A stretch of 64,000 nucleotides of DNA from a virus: IMG/VR virus record IMGVR_UViG_3300037189_013673, positions 6,513 through 70,512 of that record. One strand, written 5' to 3'. This document shows, one piece after another, positions 27,354 through 36,426 of the stretch. Below the pieces are notes generated by a model. That model saw only the letters and a list, made by a program, of their open reading frames with translations, was not told where the DNA came from and did no database searches. Positions within the stretch are counted from its first letter, which is position 1. Each line of letters begins with the position of its first letter. The position numbers and the translations under genes are program-made.

Positions 27354-27482
27354 TTACGAAGCGTCAGCAGGTAAAAGTCCAGCTTTTTCTTTGTTTTCAT
27401 GTTTCATATTAAATAAGTAATAAGCAATACCTGCTAATACTAAAACTCCTAAAACCATTTTTGTTTTTTTCGTCAACATCAT
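27354..27482 (-). CDS. 42-aa TM microprotein (not in ORF track)
   Basis: MMLTKKTKMVLGVLVLAGIAYYLFNMKHENKKKAGLLPADAS*. Confidence 0.65.
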   Translation of the reverse strand: MMLTKKTKMVLGVLVLAGIAYYLFNMKHENKEKAGLLPADAS

Positions 27483-27497
27483 TTTTTCTATTTTTTT

Positions 27498-27722
27498 TTA
27501 TGTTTTTCTTACTATAATACCAGTACCTACGCCTACTACTATAGCTCCTATTAATCCACTAATGTAGATATTTTGTTTTTTATAATAACCAATCATAAGA
27601 CCTAAAACAAGACCAGTTACTGCTCCGTTTATAGATGCTTTTGTAGTAAGCATCAAAATATCTCTTTTATCTTTGCTTACTATATCTTTAACTTCTTGTA
27701 AGTAATCTGTATTCTTGTCCAT
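27498..27722 (-). CDS. Small 2-TM glycine-zipper protein
   Basis: GAVTGLVLGLMIG and GLIGAIVVGVGTG. Confidence 0.75.
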   Translation of the reverse strand: MDKNTDYLQEVKDIVSKDKRDILMLTTKASINGAVTGLVLGLMIGYYKKQNIYISGLIGAIVVGVGTGIIVRKT

Positions 27723-27723
27723 A

Positions 27724-28272
27724 TTATTTTCTATTTCTTGTTACTAAAAATATAGTTAATCCTAAAATTAAAACACCACCAATTCCTAAAGCAATATATA
27801 AAGTTTTACTTCCACCTGGCTTTGCTTGTGCATTATTATAACCAGCTTGTGCATTTATAATTGCTTGTTTAGTTTTTTCTTGTTCAATAGCTAATGCGCT
27901 TGCATTGCCATCTCTTATAGCATCTGCTTGTGCTTGTGCTGCTTTTAACGCGTTTTGACTGCCGATAATTCCAGTTATACCACCAAATAAAGTAGTTCCT
28001 ATATTTGTATAGTCTCCACCAGTTAAATTAGAATAACCATCCATATTTAAGTTACCACCTAATTTAGAATTATTTTTTAAGTAAAAGTCAATAAAACTTC
28101 TTCTAAATGATTCTGAAGTATTTATACCTTGAAAAACTCCTTTTGTTAACTCTTCGCTATTTGATGGATTAGCATTTATTAAAACGCCATTATTATTAAG
28201 CATATCTGCAATTTCTTTTGGAAATAAACCAACAGAATATGCTACTAAACTAATTAGTTTTTGCTCGTTCAT
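27724..28272 (-). CDS. Putative virion membrane protein with C-terminal TM
   Basis: LNMDGYSNLTGG motif; LYIALGIGGVLILGLTIFL; related to ORF 28272. Confidence 0.75.
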   Translation of the reverse strand: MNEQKLISLVAYSVGLFPKEIADMLNNNGVLINANPSNSEELTKGVFQGINTSESFRRSFIDFYLKNNSKLGGNLNMDGYSNLTGGDYTNIGTTLFGGITGIIGSQNALKAAQAQADAIRDGNASALAIEQEKTKQAIINAQAGYNNAQAKPGGSKTLYIALGIGGVLILGLTIFLVTRNRK

Positions 28273-28895
28273 TACGCTTTCTTTTTATTTGCTTTATTAA
28301 CTAAATAAACTATCAATCCAATTACAGAAACTCCAACAATACCTAATATAACATATAAAGTAGTGTTAGAACCCGATGCTGGTACTTGTGGTGTGTTATT
28401 CATAGGATTACCACCTGCTTCAACTACTTTTACACTTGCAGCGGCTAATTCTCTTTTAGTTTTATTATCATCTAATTGTAAATATCCATTAAATCCTGTT
28501 TGCAATAGATTTAAACCTGTAGTTAACCATTGTCCACTACCTTTAGTTTTTGTATCTTTACTAGGAGTTGTAGGTGGAGTAGTTGTAGGTGGAGTAGTTG
28601 TTGAAGAAGCCCAATCTATTTTCATTGGGTCATAAAAAATTCCTCCAGCATTTGAATAACCATCCATACTTGCATAAAGACTTGTAACAACATCTTTATC
28701 TAATAACAACTTCATGAAAGCATTATAAAATGATTTTGAAGTTTTAGCTAGATTTGTAACCTGTACAGCTATACTCATATCTGAATCAGTAGAGTTTACA
28801 ACGATACCATGCTTTAATAATAAAGCAACTATTTCATTTCTTTTTAAACTTATGACTTGCAATAAACCTTGCGCACCAAATGTTGTATTTGCCAT
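28272..28895 (-). CDS. Putative virion membrane protein with C-terminal TM
   Basis: ASMDGYSNAGG motif; LYVILGIVGVSVIGLIVYL. Confidence 0.75.
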   Translation of the reverse strand: MANTTFGAQGLLQVISLKRNEIVALLLKHGIVVNSTDSDMSIAVQVTNLAKTSKSFYNAFMKLLLDKDVVTSLYASMDGYSNAGGIFYDPMKIDWASSTTTPPTTTPPTTPSKDTKTKGSGQWLTTGLNLLQTGFNGYLQLDDNKTKRELAAASVKVVEAGGNPMNNTPQVPASGSNTTLYVILGIVGVSVIGLIVYLVNKANKKKA

Positions 28896-28901
28896 TTTTT
28901 T

Positions 28902-29312
28902 TTATTTTTTTAAAATTAATGCACTAACTATAAACAACGTAGCAACTACTAATATGACATTAGTTTGATTTGCTATTAAATGCGTATTGTTTTGTGGTTG
29001 ATTAGTTGAATTACTTGCTAAATTATCTTCACCACTTGCATTCATATAATTATTGTGTTGTTCTTTAGCTTTACAGCTACTACATCCACAAGTACTTGAG
29101 CTAGGTGATAAACTTACATTGTACTCTACTATAATATCTTTATCTGGATGAATATCCATTACTTTTTTTAAAGCTGGTTCTCCTATAGTACTTACTAATT
29201 CTGATAAGCTTCGACCTAAATCTCTTCTATCTGTAATTTCATATCCGAAAGACTCTATTAATTGTTGAGTACCTCTAGGATTATTATCTGCAACGTATTG
29301 ATATACTGACAT
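28902..29312 (-). CDS. Putative virion protein with CGCxxC motif and C-terminal TM
   Basis: HPDKD, CGCSSC, YMNASG. Confidence 0.75.
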   Translation of the reverse strand: MSVYQYVADNNPRGTQQLIESFGYEITDRRDLGRSLSELVSTIGEPALKKVMDIHPDKDIIVEYNVSLSPSSSTCGCSSCKAKEQHNNYMNASGEDNLASNSTNQPQNNTHLIANQTNVILVVATLFIVSALILKK

Positions 29313-29326
29313 AATTGTTTTTTTAT

Positions 29327-29360
29327 AAAAAAAGGCAAGATGAAAAATTCATACTTGCCT
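29327..29360 (-). terminator. Intrinsic terminator directly downstream of the capsid-like gene pair
   Basis: aggcaag...cttgcct stem with A-run at 29327-29333. Confidence 0.75.
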
Positions 29361-29404
29361 CTTTCAAATTATACAAAATTTGGTTTTACCTTATAAAGAT
29401 AAAA

Positions 29405-30106
29405 TTACGCTTTGATTTGGATTGTTTGTCCATTAGTAACATTTGGTGAACCAAATTGTTTACTTACAGCTGAACCTCCTAATGCACGAGCAAGATTTAC
29501 GTTATCTGCTGGGTAGAAGTAGAATTTAGTTGTAGAAGTAGCACTTACGTTTTGTATTACTAATTTAGTGAAACCATCAATTCTAAACGGAGTCTTCAAA
29601 GCAACTACGTTAGTTTGTTGCTGATAAGGGTCAATGATTGGAATTAACGATTTTTGTGCTGTGTTACCATTAGCATCTCTAGTGTTAACAGCTACAGAAG
29701 ATAAAATCTGAGCAGCAACAGTAGATTGCATATATGTTAAACCAACTGAGAAAACGTTGTTTTGGAATTGCCAAAGCATTTCTCTATATGTTACACCTGC
29801 TATACCAGATGAAATAGTAATTGAACCAATTACTAAGTTTCCTGAAGTATTAAAGTTAGTGTTGTTGATATATTGGTATGAACCTAATATATCAAAGTTT
29901 GATACATCTGCTCCTGAAGTAGAAGTCACTACTACGATGTATGGTTGTGATTGTTGAACTGATTGCATTCCGCCCATGTTACCATCAGCACCAAAGAAAT
30001 CATCTCCTGTGAATGATAAATCTTGGTCAATAAATCCGTCTGCATTTGAGAAAGATTCATTTGCACGATTCTGTGCGTCCGCTAAATATTTTCTTACGTT
30101 TGACAT
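29405..30106 (-). CDS. Putative major capsid protein, copy B (beta-rich, single jelly-roll candidate)
   Basis: No TM, alternating beta pattern, high-expression codons (TTC, AAC, TAC, CGT), own terminator, near packaging ATPase; fold is inference. Confidence 0.6.
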   Translation of the reverse strand: MSNVRKYLADAQNRANESFSNADGFIDQDLSFTGDDFFGADGNMGGMQSVQQSQPYIVVVTSTSGADVSNFDILGSYQYINNTNFNTSGNLVIGSITISSGIAGVTYREMLWQFQNNVFSVGLTYMQSTVAAQILSSVAVNTRDANGNTAQKSLIPIIDPYQQQTNVVALKTPFRIDGFTKLVIQNVSATSTTKFYFYPADNVNLARALGGSAVSKQFGSPNVTNGQTIQIKA

Positions 30107-30129
30107 TATATTAATTTTTTATTTTAAAC

Positions 30130-30831
30130 TTACGCTTTAATTTTTATTGTTTGACCATTGGTCACATTTGGAGAACCAAATTGTTTACTAACCGCAGAAC
30201 CACCTAATGCGCGAGCAAGATTGATATTATCAGCAGGGTAGAAATAGAATTTACTTGTTGAACTTGCAGTAACAGTTTGGATTATTAATTTTGTAAAACC
30301 ATCTATTCTGTAAGGTGTTTTCAAAGCAACTACGTTAGTTTGTTGCTGATAAGGGTCGATAATTGGAATTAAAGCTTTAGTTGCAATATTACCATTAGCA
30401 TCTCTAGTATTAACCGAAACGGTTGATAAGATTTGAGCTGCAGCTGTAGATTGTAAATACGTTAAACCAACTGAGAACACATTGTTTTGGAATTGCCATA
30501 ACATTTCAGAATAAGAAACGTTTGAAATACCAGAACTAATTGTTATTGAACCAATTACTAAACTACCTGCGGCATTAAAACCTGAATTGTTTAAGTATTG
30601 GTAAGAACCTAAAATATCGAAATTAGAAACGTCTGCTCCTGAAGTAGATGTAACTGTAACAATATAAGGTTGTGATTGCTGAATTGACTGACCGCCCATG
30701 CCATTTCCATTTGCTCCAAAGAAGTCATCTCCGGTGAATGAGAAATTTTGGTCTATAAAACCATCTGCATTCGAAAATGAATTTTTTACACGGCTTTTAG
30801 CGTCAGATAAATATCTTCTTACATTTGACAT
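30130..30831 (-). CDS. Putative major capsid protein, copy A
   Basis: Same length as, and highly similar end to end to, ORF 29405. Confidence 0.6.
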   Translation of the reverse strand: MSNVRRYLSDAKSRVKNSFSNADGFIDQNFSFTGDDFFGANGNGMGGQSIQQSQPYIVTVTSTSGADVSNFDILGSYQYLNNSGFNAAGSLVIGSITISSGISNVSYSEMLWQFQNNVFSVGLTYLQSTAAAQILSTVSVNTRDANGNIATKALIPIIDPYQQQTNVVALKTPYRIDGFTKLIIQTVTASSTSKFYFYPADNINLARALGGSAVSKQFGSPNVTNGQTIKIKA

Positions 30832-30865
30832 TTTTTCTTGTTATTAATTTTTAAATAATTTTTTT

Positions 30866-30994
30866 CTATTTAACTAAATCCAAAGGTACCTCTGTTTTTG
30901 ACTTCAAATACTTTCTTTCAATTGCATTTACCAAAAACATTGCTACCATTACATAAGCTACTGTTTTTCCAAAAGTGATTAATTCGTTTTTCAT
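30866..30994 (-). CDS. 42-aa TM microprotein upstream of capsid genes (not in ORF track)
   Basis: MKNELITFGKTVAYVMVAMFLVNAIERKYLKSKTEVPLDLVK*. Confidence 0.6.
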   Translation of the reverse strand: MKNELITFGKTVAYVMVAMFLVNAIERKYLKSKTEVPLDLVK

Positions 30995-31080
30995 TACACA
31001 ATGATATTTTTAATGACATTATATGTTTAAAATAAAACATATTATTATAGATAATTATATACACATATAATAATCTTTTT

Positions 31081-31088
31081 CAAAAGTA
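31081..31088 (-). promoter_or_regulatory. Candidate -7 promoter (TACTTTTG) for the capsid operon
   Basis: TAnnTTTG in AT-rich intergenic gap. Confidence 0.45.
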
Positions 31089-31160
31089 ATTCAAAAAAAT
31101 ATTAATTAAATTTATTTTTAAAAAAATAAACAGAACTAAGATTTGTAATTATATTTCTTT

Positions 31161-31580
31161 TTATTTATTTAATACTAAATAAGTTGTAGAACATATTCCT
31201 AATATAGATAAAACTTTATAAATAAAAGAAGTTGCTTTTTGACCTTTTAATTCTTTTTGTAAAGATTTTGATATTTCTTCTTGTGATTTAAACATTTCAT
31301 CTTTTTTAGATATAATTAAATTTAGGTCATATTCTTTTTCTTCAAGCTTATTAATTATGCTATCTTTTAGCTTTACTTTATATTCTGTAAGCATAAGATT
31401 GCTTTTAACTAAAACCAACTCTGATTTGCACTCATCTCCTGATACTAAATCAATAGCTATCCTTCTTGCAATAGTTGTATCTATACAAACTAAATTACTT
31501 TTTTGAATATCTGTCTGTGAAATACTTCTCCCACATACCAGAATCATAATGCTTAAAATTATCAATCTGACTTTTTTCAT
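31161..31580 (-). CDS. Exported coiled-coil protein, spanin-like lysis accessory
   Basis: Signal peptide, coil, C-terminal hydrophobic segment; overlaps ORF 31495; follows endolysin. Confidence 0.5.
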   Translation of the reverse strand: MKKVRLIILSIMILVCGRSISQTDIQKSNLVCIDTTIARRIAIDLVSGDECKSELVLVKSNLMLTEYKVKLKDSIINKLEEKEYDLNLIISKKDEMFKSQEEISKSLQKELKGQKATSFIYKVLSILGICSTTYLVLNK

Positions 31581-31854
31581 TTTTTTTTAATTTATCAATT
31601 TTATCATTATTAGCACTTATGCTATTATCTAATCCATCTATTTTAGAATTAAGCTGGTCTATTTTTTTATCCAATCCCTTATTCTTTTTGTAAAGTGAAT
31701 CTACTACAGATTTACTTTTAGCTATCTCTTTTTTTATGTAATTTATTTTATCAATTTGATTTCCAGAACTCATTAATGAAAATATTTGAGTTAAAAAAAC
31801 TAAAATTAATAAAATAAAAATTAAACTTAATCTATTGTGAAATACCCTATCCAT
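31495..31854 (-). CDS. N-terminal TM coiled-coil protein, i-spanin-like
   Basis: TM plus heptad coil directly after endolysin. Confidence 0.5.
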   Translation of the reverse strand: MDRVFHNRLSLIFILLILVFLTQIFSLMSSGNQIDKINYIKKEIAKSKSVVDSLYKKNKGLDKKIDQLNSKIDGLDNSISANNDKIDKLKKNEKSQIDNFKHYDSGMWEKYFTDRYSKK

Positions 31855-31864
31855 TTTTTAATTA

Positions 31865-32326
31865 TTAAATTATTACATATCCATTAGCATCTTTTGGCTT
31901 ATTAATAAGCACTCTCCAATTGTTAAAACCAATCTTATCAAAATGTGGCATATCTTTAAAACTTGTCCAACTTCCACCCCAAGTCCAACCATGTTTTGCA
32001 AATATCTTAACGCACTCATCCCAATCTGCTATTCCATCATTATCCCAATCTTTGTGCGTATCCCAAGTTGCAGTTTTACCATCTATAATCAAAACTATAT
32101 CAACTGCCATTCCATAATTGTGTATAGATTGACCACCTCTTGCATTTGTCACTTTAGGTCTTTGATTATATAATGCGTCTTGCTCTGCAAATGTTCTTAA
32201 ACCTTGTGAAACTCTAACTTGTGAACGACCAGATAATACTTGGTTACATTCATCAATTATAGTTTTCATTTCTTCTCTTACTTTTGGATGTAATTTTGCA
32301 ATCCTATCTAATGTACTTTTATCCAT
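31865..32326 (-). CDS. Endolysin, M15C L-Ala-D-Glu peptidase
   Basis: GLRT..EQ..LY, VTNARGGQS.HNYG.AVD, WGG.W..F.D.PHF. Confidence 0.92.
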   Translation of the reverse strand: MDKSTLDRIAKLHPKVREEMKTIIDECNQVLSGRSQVRVSQGLRTFAEQDALYNQRPKVTNARGGQSIHNYGMAVDIVLIIDGKTATWDTHKDWDNDGIADWDECVKIFAKHGWTWGGSWTSFKDMPHFDKIGFNNWRVLINKPKDANGYVII

Positions 32327-32555
32327 TTGATTCTGATTTTAATAATTCATCATTACTATTTGTAAAATAGTTTTTTATTAAATAAACTCCACCTGAAAGT
32401 AAACCTACTTTACCCATATTTAAAAAATCTGTTATTGCTGGAAATACTCCACTAACAACACTTGTACTTAATAAACCTACAATAGTAGTTCCAATAGTCA
32501 TAAAAGCGCCTTTTGATAAGTCTTTTATATTTAATTTTTTGTATTTGCTTTTCAT
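32319..32555 (-). CDS. Putative holin
   Basis: 78 aa with two hydrophobic segments, overlapping endolysin start. Confidence 0.6.
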   Translation of the reverse strand: MKSKYKKLNIKDLSKGAFMTIGTTIVGLLSTSVVSGVFPAITDFLNMGKVGLLSGGVYLIKNYFTNSNDELLKSESNG

Positions 32556-33376
32556 TAATCTAAATAGTATTTAATAATTCTCTCTTTATGTTGCTTAACA
32601 GCAGTTTCTGGCGTATGAACTTTTGTACCTTTACCTAAATCTCTTTTTTGCAACATTGGAGAAATTAATTTTTTATAATTTTCAGAAATATATTGTTCAA
32701 CAATACCTTCGAATTTTTTTCTATCTACTCCTTTAATTTTTTCGTCTTCAATATCTACATAACAGAAAAACCTTGGATTATCATAATTATGATATTCATT
32801 ATTCACATAATTTTCTACTAATTTTAGCAACTCGTATTTGTCTTCAAACTTATTTCTATGCTTATCTACTGAATCTGTATTTTTATGAAACCTAATCCAA
32901 CTTAAGTTTTGCCATATCTTAGGTGAAACTCTACCTACTGACTGAAAATGCAAAATAATATCAGTATCGGTATGTCTATTAGTGCAAATAGCACCAACAA
33001 GGTCATTAGGCAAATAATCAGAAATATATCTATTAATATCTTCGATAAGTAATAAACCGCCTCTATAATCATTTAAAATTTTAAATAAAGTTTCTTGAAT
33101 TTCACTAATTGTCATTCTAACTCCATTTTCATGGAATGGTCTAATTCTTCTAGCTTCAATCCTTGGATGCGATGAAAATCTCATAATATCAGATAGTTTT
33201 AATGCTTTTATATCTTCAAACTCATCATTGACATCTAATATTAATGCTCTACGTGCTGGTATTCCTTTAGCTGGATTACCAAGTATGTATTGTTTTATCA
33301 TTTTATTAGTAGTATAAGTCTTTCCGCATCCTTTCCTTCCTACTGCTACTCCTAATTTTGGTTCTCTTTCTTCCAT
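32555..33376 (-). CDS. FtsK/HerA-superfamily (A32/P9-like) genome packaging ATPase
   Basis: N-terminal Walker A GRKGCGKT, Walker B LLLIED, NRH Arg finger, hhhFQS sensor; 273 aa with no nuclease domain. Confidence 0.75.
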   Translation of the reverse strand: MEEREPKLGVAVGRKGCGKTYTTNKMIKQYILGNPAKGIPARRALILDVNDEFEDIKALKLSDIMRFSSHPRIEARRIRPFHENGVRMTISEIQETLFKILNDYRGGLLLIEDINRYISDYLPNDLVGAICTNRHTDTDIILHFQSVGRVSPKIWQNLSWIRFHKNTDSVDKHRNKFEDKYELLKLVENYVNNEYHNYDNPRFFCYVDIEDEKIKGVDRKKFEGIVEQYISENYKKLISPMLQKRDLGKGTKVHTPETAVKQHKERIIKYYLD

Positions 33377-33379
33377 TTT

Positions 33380-33490
33380 TTATAAGTTGTTAAAAAGTTT
33401 ATGTGCAAAATAAATCATATACGCTACAAGTAAAGATATAATGATAAAAATATCATTGTTGTTATTTTTATTATTTGTAGTCTTAATCAT
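33380..33490 (-). CDS. 36-aa TM microprotein (not in ORF track)
   Basis: Fills the gap between ORFs; IFIIISLLVAYMIYF. Confidence 0.45.
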   Translation of the reverse strand: MIKTTNNKNNNNDIFIIISLLVAYMIYFAHKLFNNL

Positions 33491-33493
33491 AAT

Positions 33494-34540
33494 CTATTTT
33501 GTACCTCTTGGTTTTCTCGGTGTTTTTGCTTTTGAAACCCCTAATGTTGTTCTTTTTCTTTTTACAGAAGTACTTGGTGAATCTGAATTTTCATTTGCTA
33601 TTTTTTCAATTTCATTTAAAATAGAAGCTTCTCCAAATGTAGGCATCCCTGCTATATCTTCAGATTGATGTTTAAATCCACCTTCTTCTTTTAAGTTTTG
33701 AAATACTCCACCTTCTTCTGGTTCAAAAAATTCTATTTGTTGTTCTAGATTACTTTTAGGTGTAGATTTTTTCTCTCTAACAACTTTCATAACCGGTTGT
33801 GGTTCTTCTTCATAATAAGAAACTTGCTCTTCTTTAACAGGAGCACTAGGTGCTGGTGTTGGTCTTGATATTTGACCTGCTCTTATAGCGGCAGTATTTT
33901 CTTTTAAAGAATCTAAAATACTATTAGCAGTCTTTTTTAACATAAATGCTTGAGCTCCACGTGTAAATATATCTGTACCAAAGTAATACAATAATAATTG
34001 CTCATCGGTCATTCCTACTCCACGCTTCTTAAATACTCTTATTAAAGGTGGTCTTACTTTATCTCTAAATTCATCATCAACTTCAAAAGCACCTTTGATA
34101 CTTGAATTAAATTCTTCAGCAAAATCTTTAACTCCTACTACTCCATTTTCTACCGGAATATTAATATTAGGGTCAATTTCACCTTCTGCAATTAATCTAT
34201 CTAGTTTTGATTCACTAATTTGTGGTACTTTACCTAAATATTCACAACCTTTTGAATATAAGTCTAATGTCATTTCTGCCATCATCTCAGCTCCCATGGT
34301 TTTTTCTTTACCATCTAGTTCGCTATAAGACTCATTAAAAACTCTAGGTTCTTCTTTTTCTACTTCTTGTTTGTCATCAAAATCATTAAAATTAGGTGCT
34401 TGAAAAGTAGGTTCTTCTAATTCAGCAACTACTTCTGCATCAGAATAAATTTTATGATTAGTATAACTCCTTTTTTTTACTGGTGCATCTAATGGAGAAA
34501 AATCATCCATAATTTCTGGTGTTTCAAATTCTTGGCTCAT
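33494..34540 (-). CDS. Acidic hypothetical protein with basic C-terminal tail
   Basis: 348-aa ORF immediately upstream of the ATPase region. Confidence 0.8.
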   Translation of the reverse strand: MSQEFETPEIMDDFSPLDAPVKKRSYTNHKIYSDAEVVAELEEPTFQAPNFNDFDDKQEVEKEEPRVFNESYSELDGKEKTMGAEMMAEMTLDLYSKGCEYLGKVPQISESKLDRLIAEGEIDPNINIPVENGVVGVKDFAEEFNSSIKGAFEVDDEFRDKVRPPLIRVFKKRGVGMTDEQLLLYYFGTDIFTRGAQAFMLKKTANSILDSLKENTAAIRAGQISRPTPAPSAPVKEEQVSYYEEEPQPVMKVVREKKSTPKSNLEQQIEFFEPEEGGVFQNLKEEGGFKHQSEDIAGMPTFGEASILNEIEKIANENSDSPSTSVKRKRTTLGVSKAKTPRKPRGTK

Positions 34541-34541
34541 G

Positions 34542-34982
34542 TTATTTTAAATTTATTAGTTCTTTGTTAATTCCGTTTATTTTTTCAATTATTTTTATAT
34601 CTGATTTATGATTAGGGTTTAATTCTTTAACTTCTTTTCTATAAGAAGAAACTAGATTTACTGGTTTTTTCAAAAGAAAAGAAACATCTGAAATATCTAT
34701 TAATAAATTATCTGTAAAAATCATTGCTGTTATTCCAATTGCATATCTACGATTATTTTTTCTAGTACGAGAATAAAAATCTGATATTGTAATGTCAAAA
34801 ATATCACATACTATTTTAATAATAGAATTGCATATTTCTTTTTGTTCATTTGATATTACATTAAATTTTTGTCTTGAAATTTTTAGAATATCTATAGTTT
34901 CATCAACCCCTAGATAATCTATAGTTTTACTCATTTCTAAAAAAACGTTGGAGATATTGTTGTTTGTTTTTTCTTGGTTCAT
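34542..34982 (-). CDS. HTH protein resembling DnaA C-terminal domain
   Basis: IIKIVCDIFDITISDFYSRTRK...R pattern. Confidence 0.5.
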   Translation of the reverse strand: MNQEKTNNNISNVFLEMSKTIDYLGVDETIDILKISRQKFNVISNEQKEICNSIIKIVCDIFDITISDFYSRTRKNNRRYAIGITAMIFTDNLLIDISDVSFLLKKPVNLVSSYRKEVKELNPNHKSDIKIIEKINGINKELINLK

Positions 34983-34996
34983 TTTTTTTAGTTTTT

Positions 34997-35004
34997 CAAA
35001 TATA
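34997..35004 (-). promoter_or_regulatory. Bacteroidota -7 promoter element
   Basis: TATATTTG on - strand upstream of ORF 34542-34982. Confidence 0.55.
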
Positions 35005-35013
35005 CATATTTTT

Positions 35014-35460
35014 TTATAATCCCCAAACTAACATTAAAGCATCTCTTTGCTCTTGATTAGTTCTTTTATCAAATCCAGTTATCTGTTGAAAAAATTCAGA
35101 ATTAGTTTTAGACCTTGTTGGTTTTATTTGCTTATAATCTAATCCTAGATATTCACACATTTCACAAATCTTTTTTGCTGTTTCATGATTAGCACCTATT
35201 CTTTCACCTATTTTTGAATTATAAGCATTAGATAAAGAATTATTTTGATGTCTATTACCTCCGTTTAAAAATCCACATTCTATATAGACTTCAGTAGGTA
35301 TATTGTCTTCTTTAGAGTTTTCTCTAATGTTTTTTAATTTTTCATATAATTCAAAAAAAGTTAAATTATATAAATTAAATACTTTACCACATCTAATAGC
35401 ACAACCTGATTTAATAGTATCTGGGTCAATACCTACAAATACTTTTTTCTTAGATTCCAT
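35014..35460 (-). CDS. RuvC-like (RNase H fold) resolvase
   Basis: FVGIDPD...SG, VYIE, C-terminal EQRDA. Confidence 0.7.
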   Translation of the reverse strand: MESKKKVFVGIDPDTIKSGCAIRCGKVFNLYNLTFFELYEKLKNIRENSKEDNIPTEVYIECGFLNGGNRHQNNSLSNAYNSKIGERIGANHETAKKICEMCEYLGLDYKQIKPTRSKTNSEFFQQITGFDKRTNQEQRDALMLVWGL

Positions 35461-36094
35461 ATTTATTTGTAAAAGCTTTATGTTTTAATATCTCTTTCCC
35501 GATTTGTTTTGCAAAATCATTATCTGTAGTATAATGTAATCCTAAATGGATTCTACTTATAGCTACATCTTCGGCCATGGATTTACAGAATTGAAATTCG
35601 TTTGGAAATTTATTAGCAATTACATTTAACACGACATAAGCTTCTAATGCATGTCCTGAAGGATATGATGGAGTATCTGCTGAAAAACTATTAAAAGGAA
35701 ACATTGCTAATTTGTAATATTGAGCAATCTGTTTAGGTCTTGGTCTTTGATAAAAGTATTTTAATTTTATCAATAATGGTTTGATGTCATCAATAATATC
35801 CAAAGTAAGATGCTCAACATCAATGCCTTTCTGTTTAAAAGCAGATATTATTGCTTGACTTAAAGACCTATCATAAGATTTGAATCTGGTTAAATACAAA
35901 GAGTTTTCTTGTTCTAATAACATTTCTGTCATATCAACCAATTCATTTAATTCGTCTTTAACCAGTTCAGAATCATTTTCAGGAAATACTTCTCCTTTAA
36001 GTTTTATAAATAAATCATCTACAATAGAAACTTGTTCAAGAAATTTCTTTTGTTCGATTGTAGGGTTTCCGTATGTTATGTTGTTTAAGTCCAA
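35450..36094 (-). CDS. PAP2/haloperoxidase-superfamily phosphatase
   Basis: K....RPRP, PSYPSGH, SR..LGLHY..D. Confidence 0.85.
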   Translation of the reverse strand: MDLNNITYGNPTIEQKKFLEQVSIVDDLFIKLKGEVFPENDSELVKDELNELVDMTEMLLEQENSLYLTRFKSYDRSLSQAIISAFKQKGIDVEHLTLDIIDDIKPLLIKLKYFYQRPRPKQIAQYYKLAMFPFNSFSADTPSYPSGHALEAYVVLNVIANKFPNEFQFCKSMAEDVAISRIHLGLHYTTDNDFAKQIGKEILKHKAFTNKYGI

Positions 36095-36100
36095 TGGTTT

Positions 36101-36406
36101 TTATTTTGTTGCTGTTCCTAAAGCTTTACTTTCAGCAGCTTTATTTGCTTCATCTTGTATACAAGTAGTCATAAAATTTGTTTTAGCTGTTGCAGCGGCT
36201 TCTGCTGAAGCAAATTTTGCAGTTGCAGATTTACTTGACCAAGCACCTTCGCAAAGTGTAGTAGCTAATTTAGTTTGAGCATCTGAAGCCGCGATTAAGT
36301 TAGCTTTTTCTTCTGCAATTTTTGTTTTGTTTTGGTTATATCTTTTGTATAATAAATAACCACCGGCTATTGCTACGCCTAATAATAATAGATTTTTAGT
36401 TTTCAT
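36101..36406 (-). CDS. N-terminal TM, Ala-rich protein
   Basis: LLLLGVAIAGGYLLYKR. Confidence 0.75.
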   Translation of the reverse strand: MKTKNLLLLGVAIAGGYLLYKRYNQNKTKIAEEKANLIAASDAQTKLATTLCEGAWSSKSATAKFASAEAAATAKTNFMTTCIQDEANKAAESKALGTATK

Positions 36407-36426
36407 TTTTTTTAATTTAATTAATT

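Noticed and set aside
32555-33376. Terminase large subunit
   Set aside because: Too short, no RNase H nuclease domain, motif order fits FtsK/HerA ATPases
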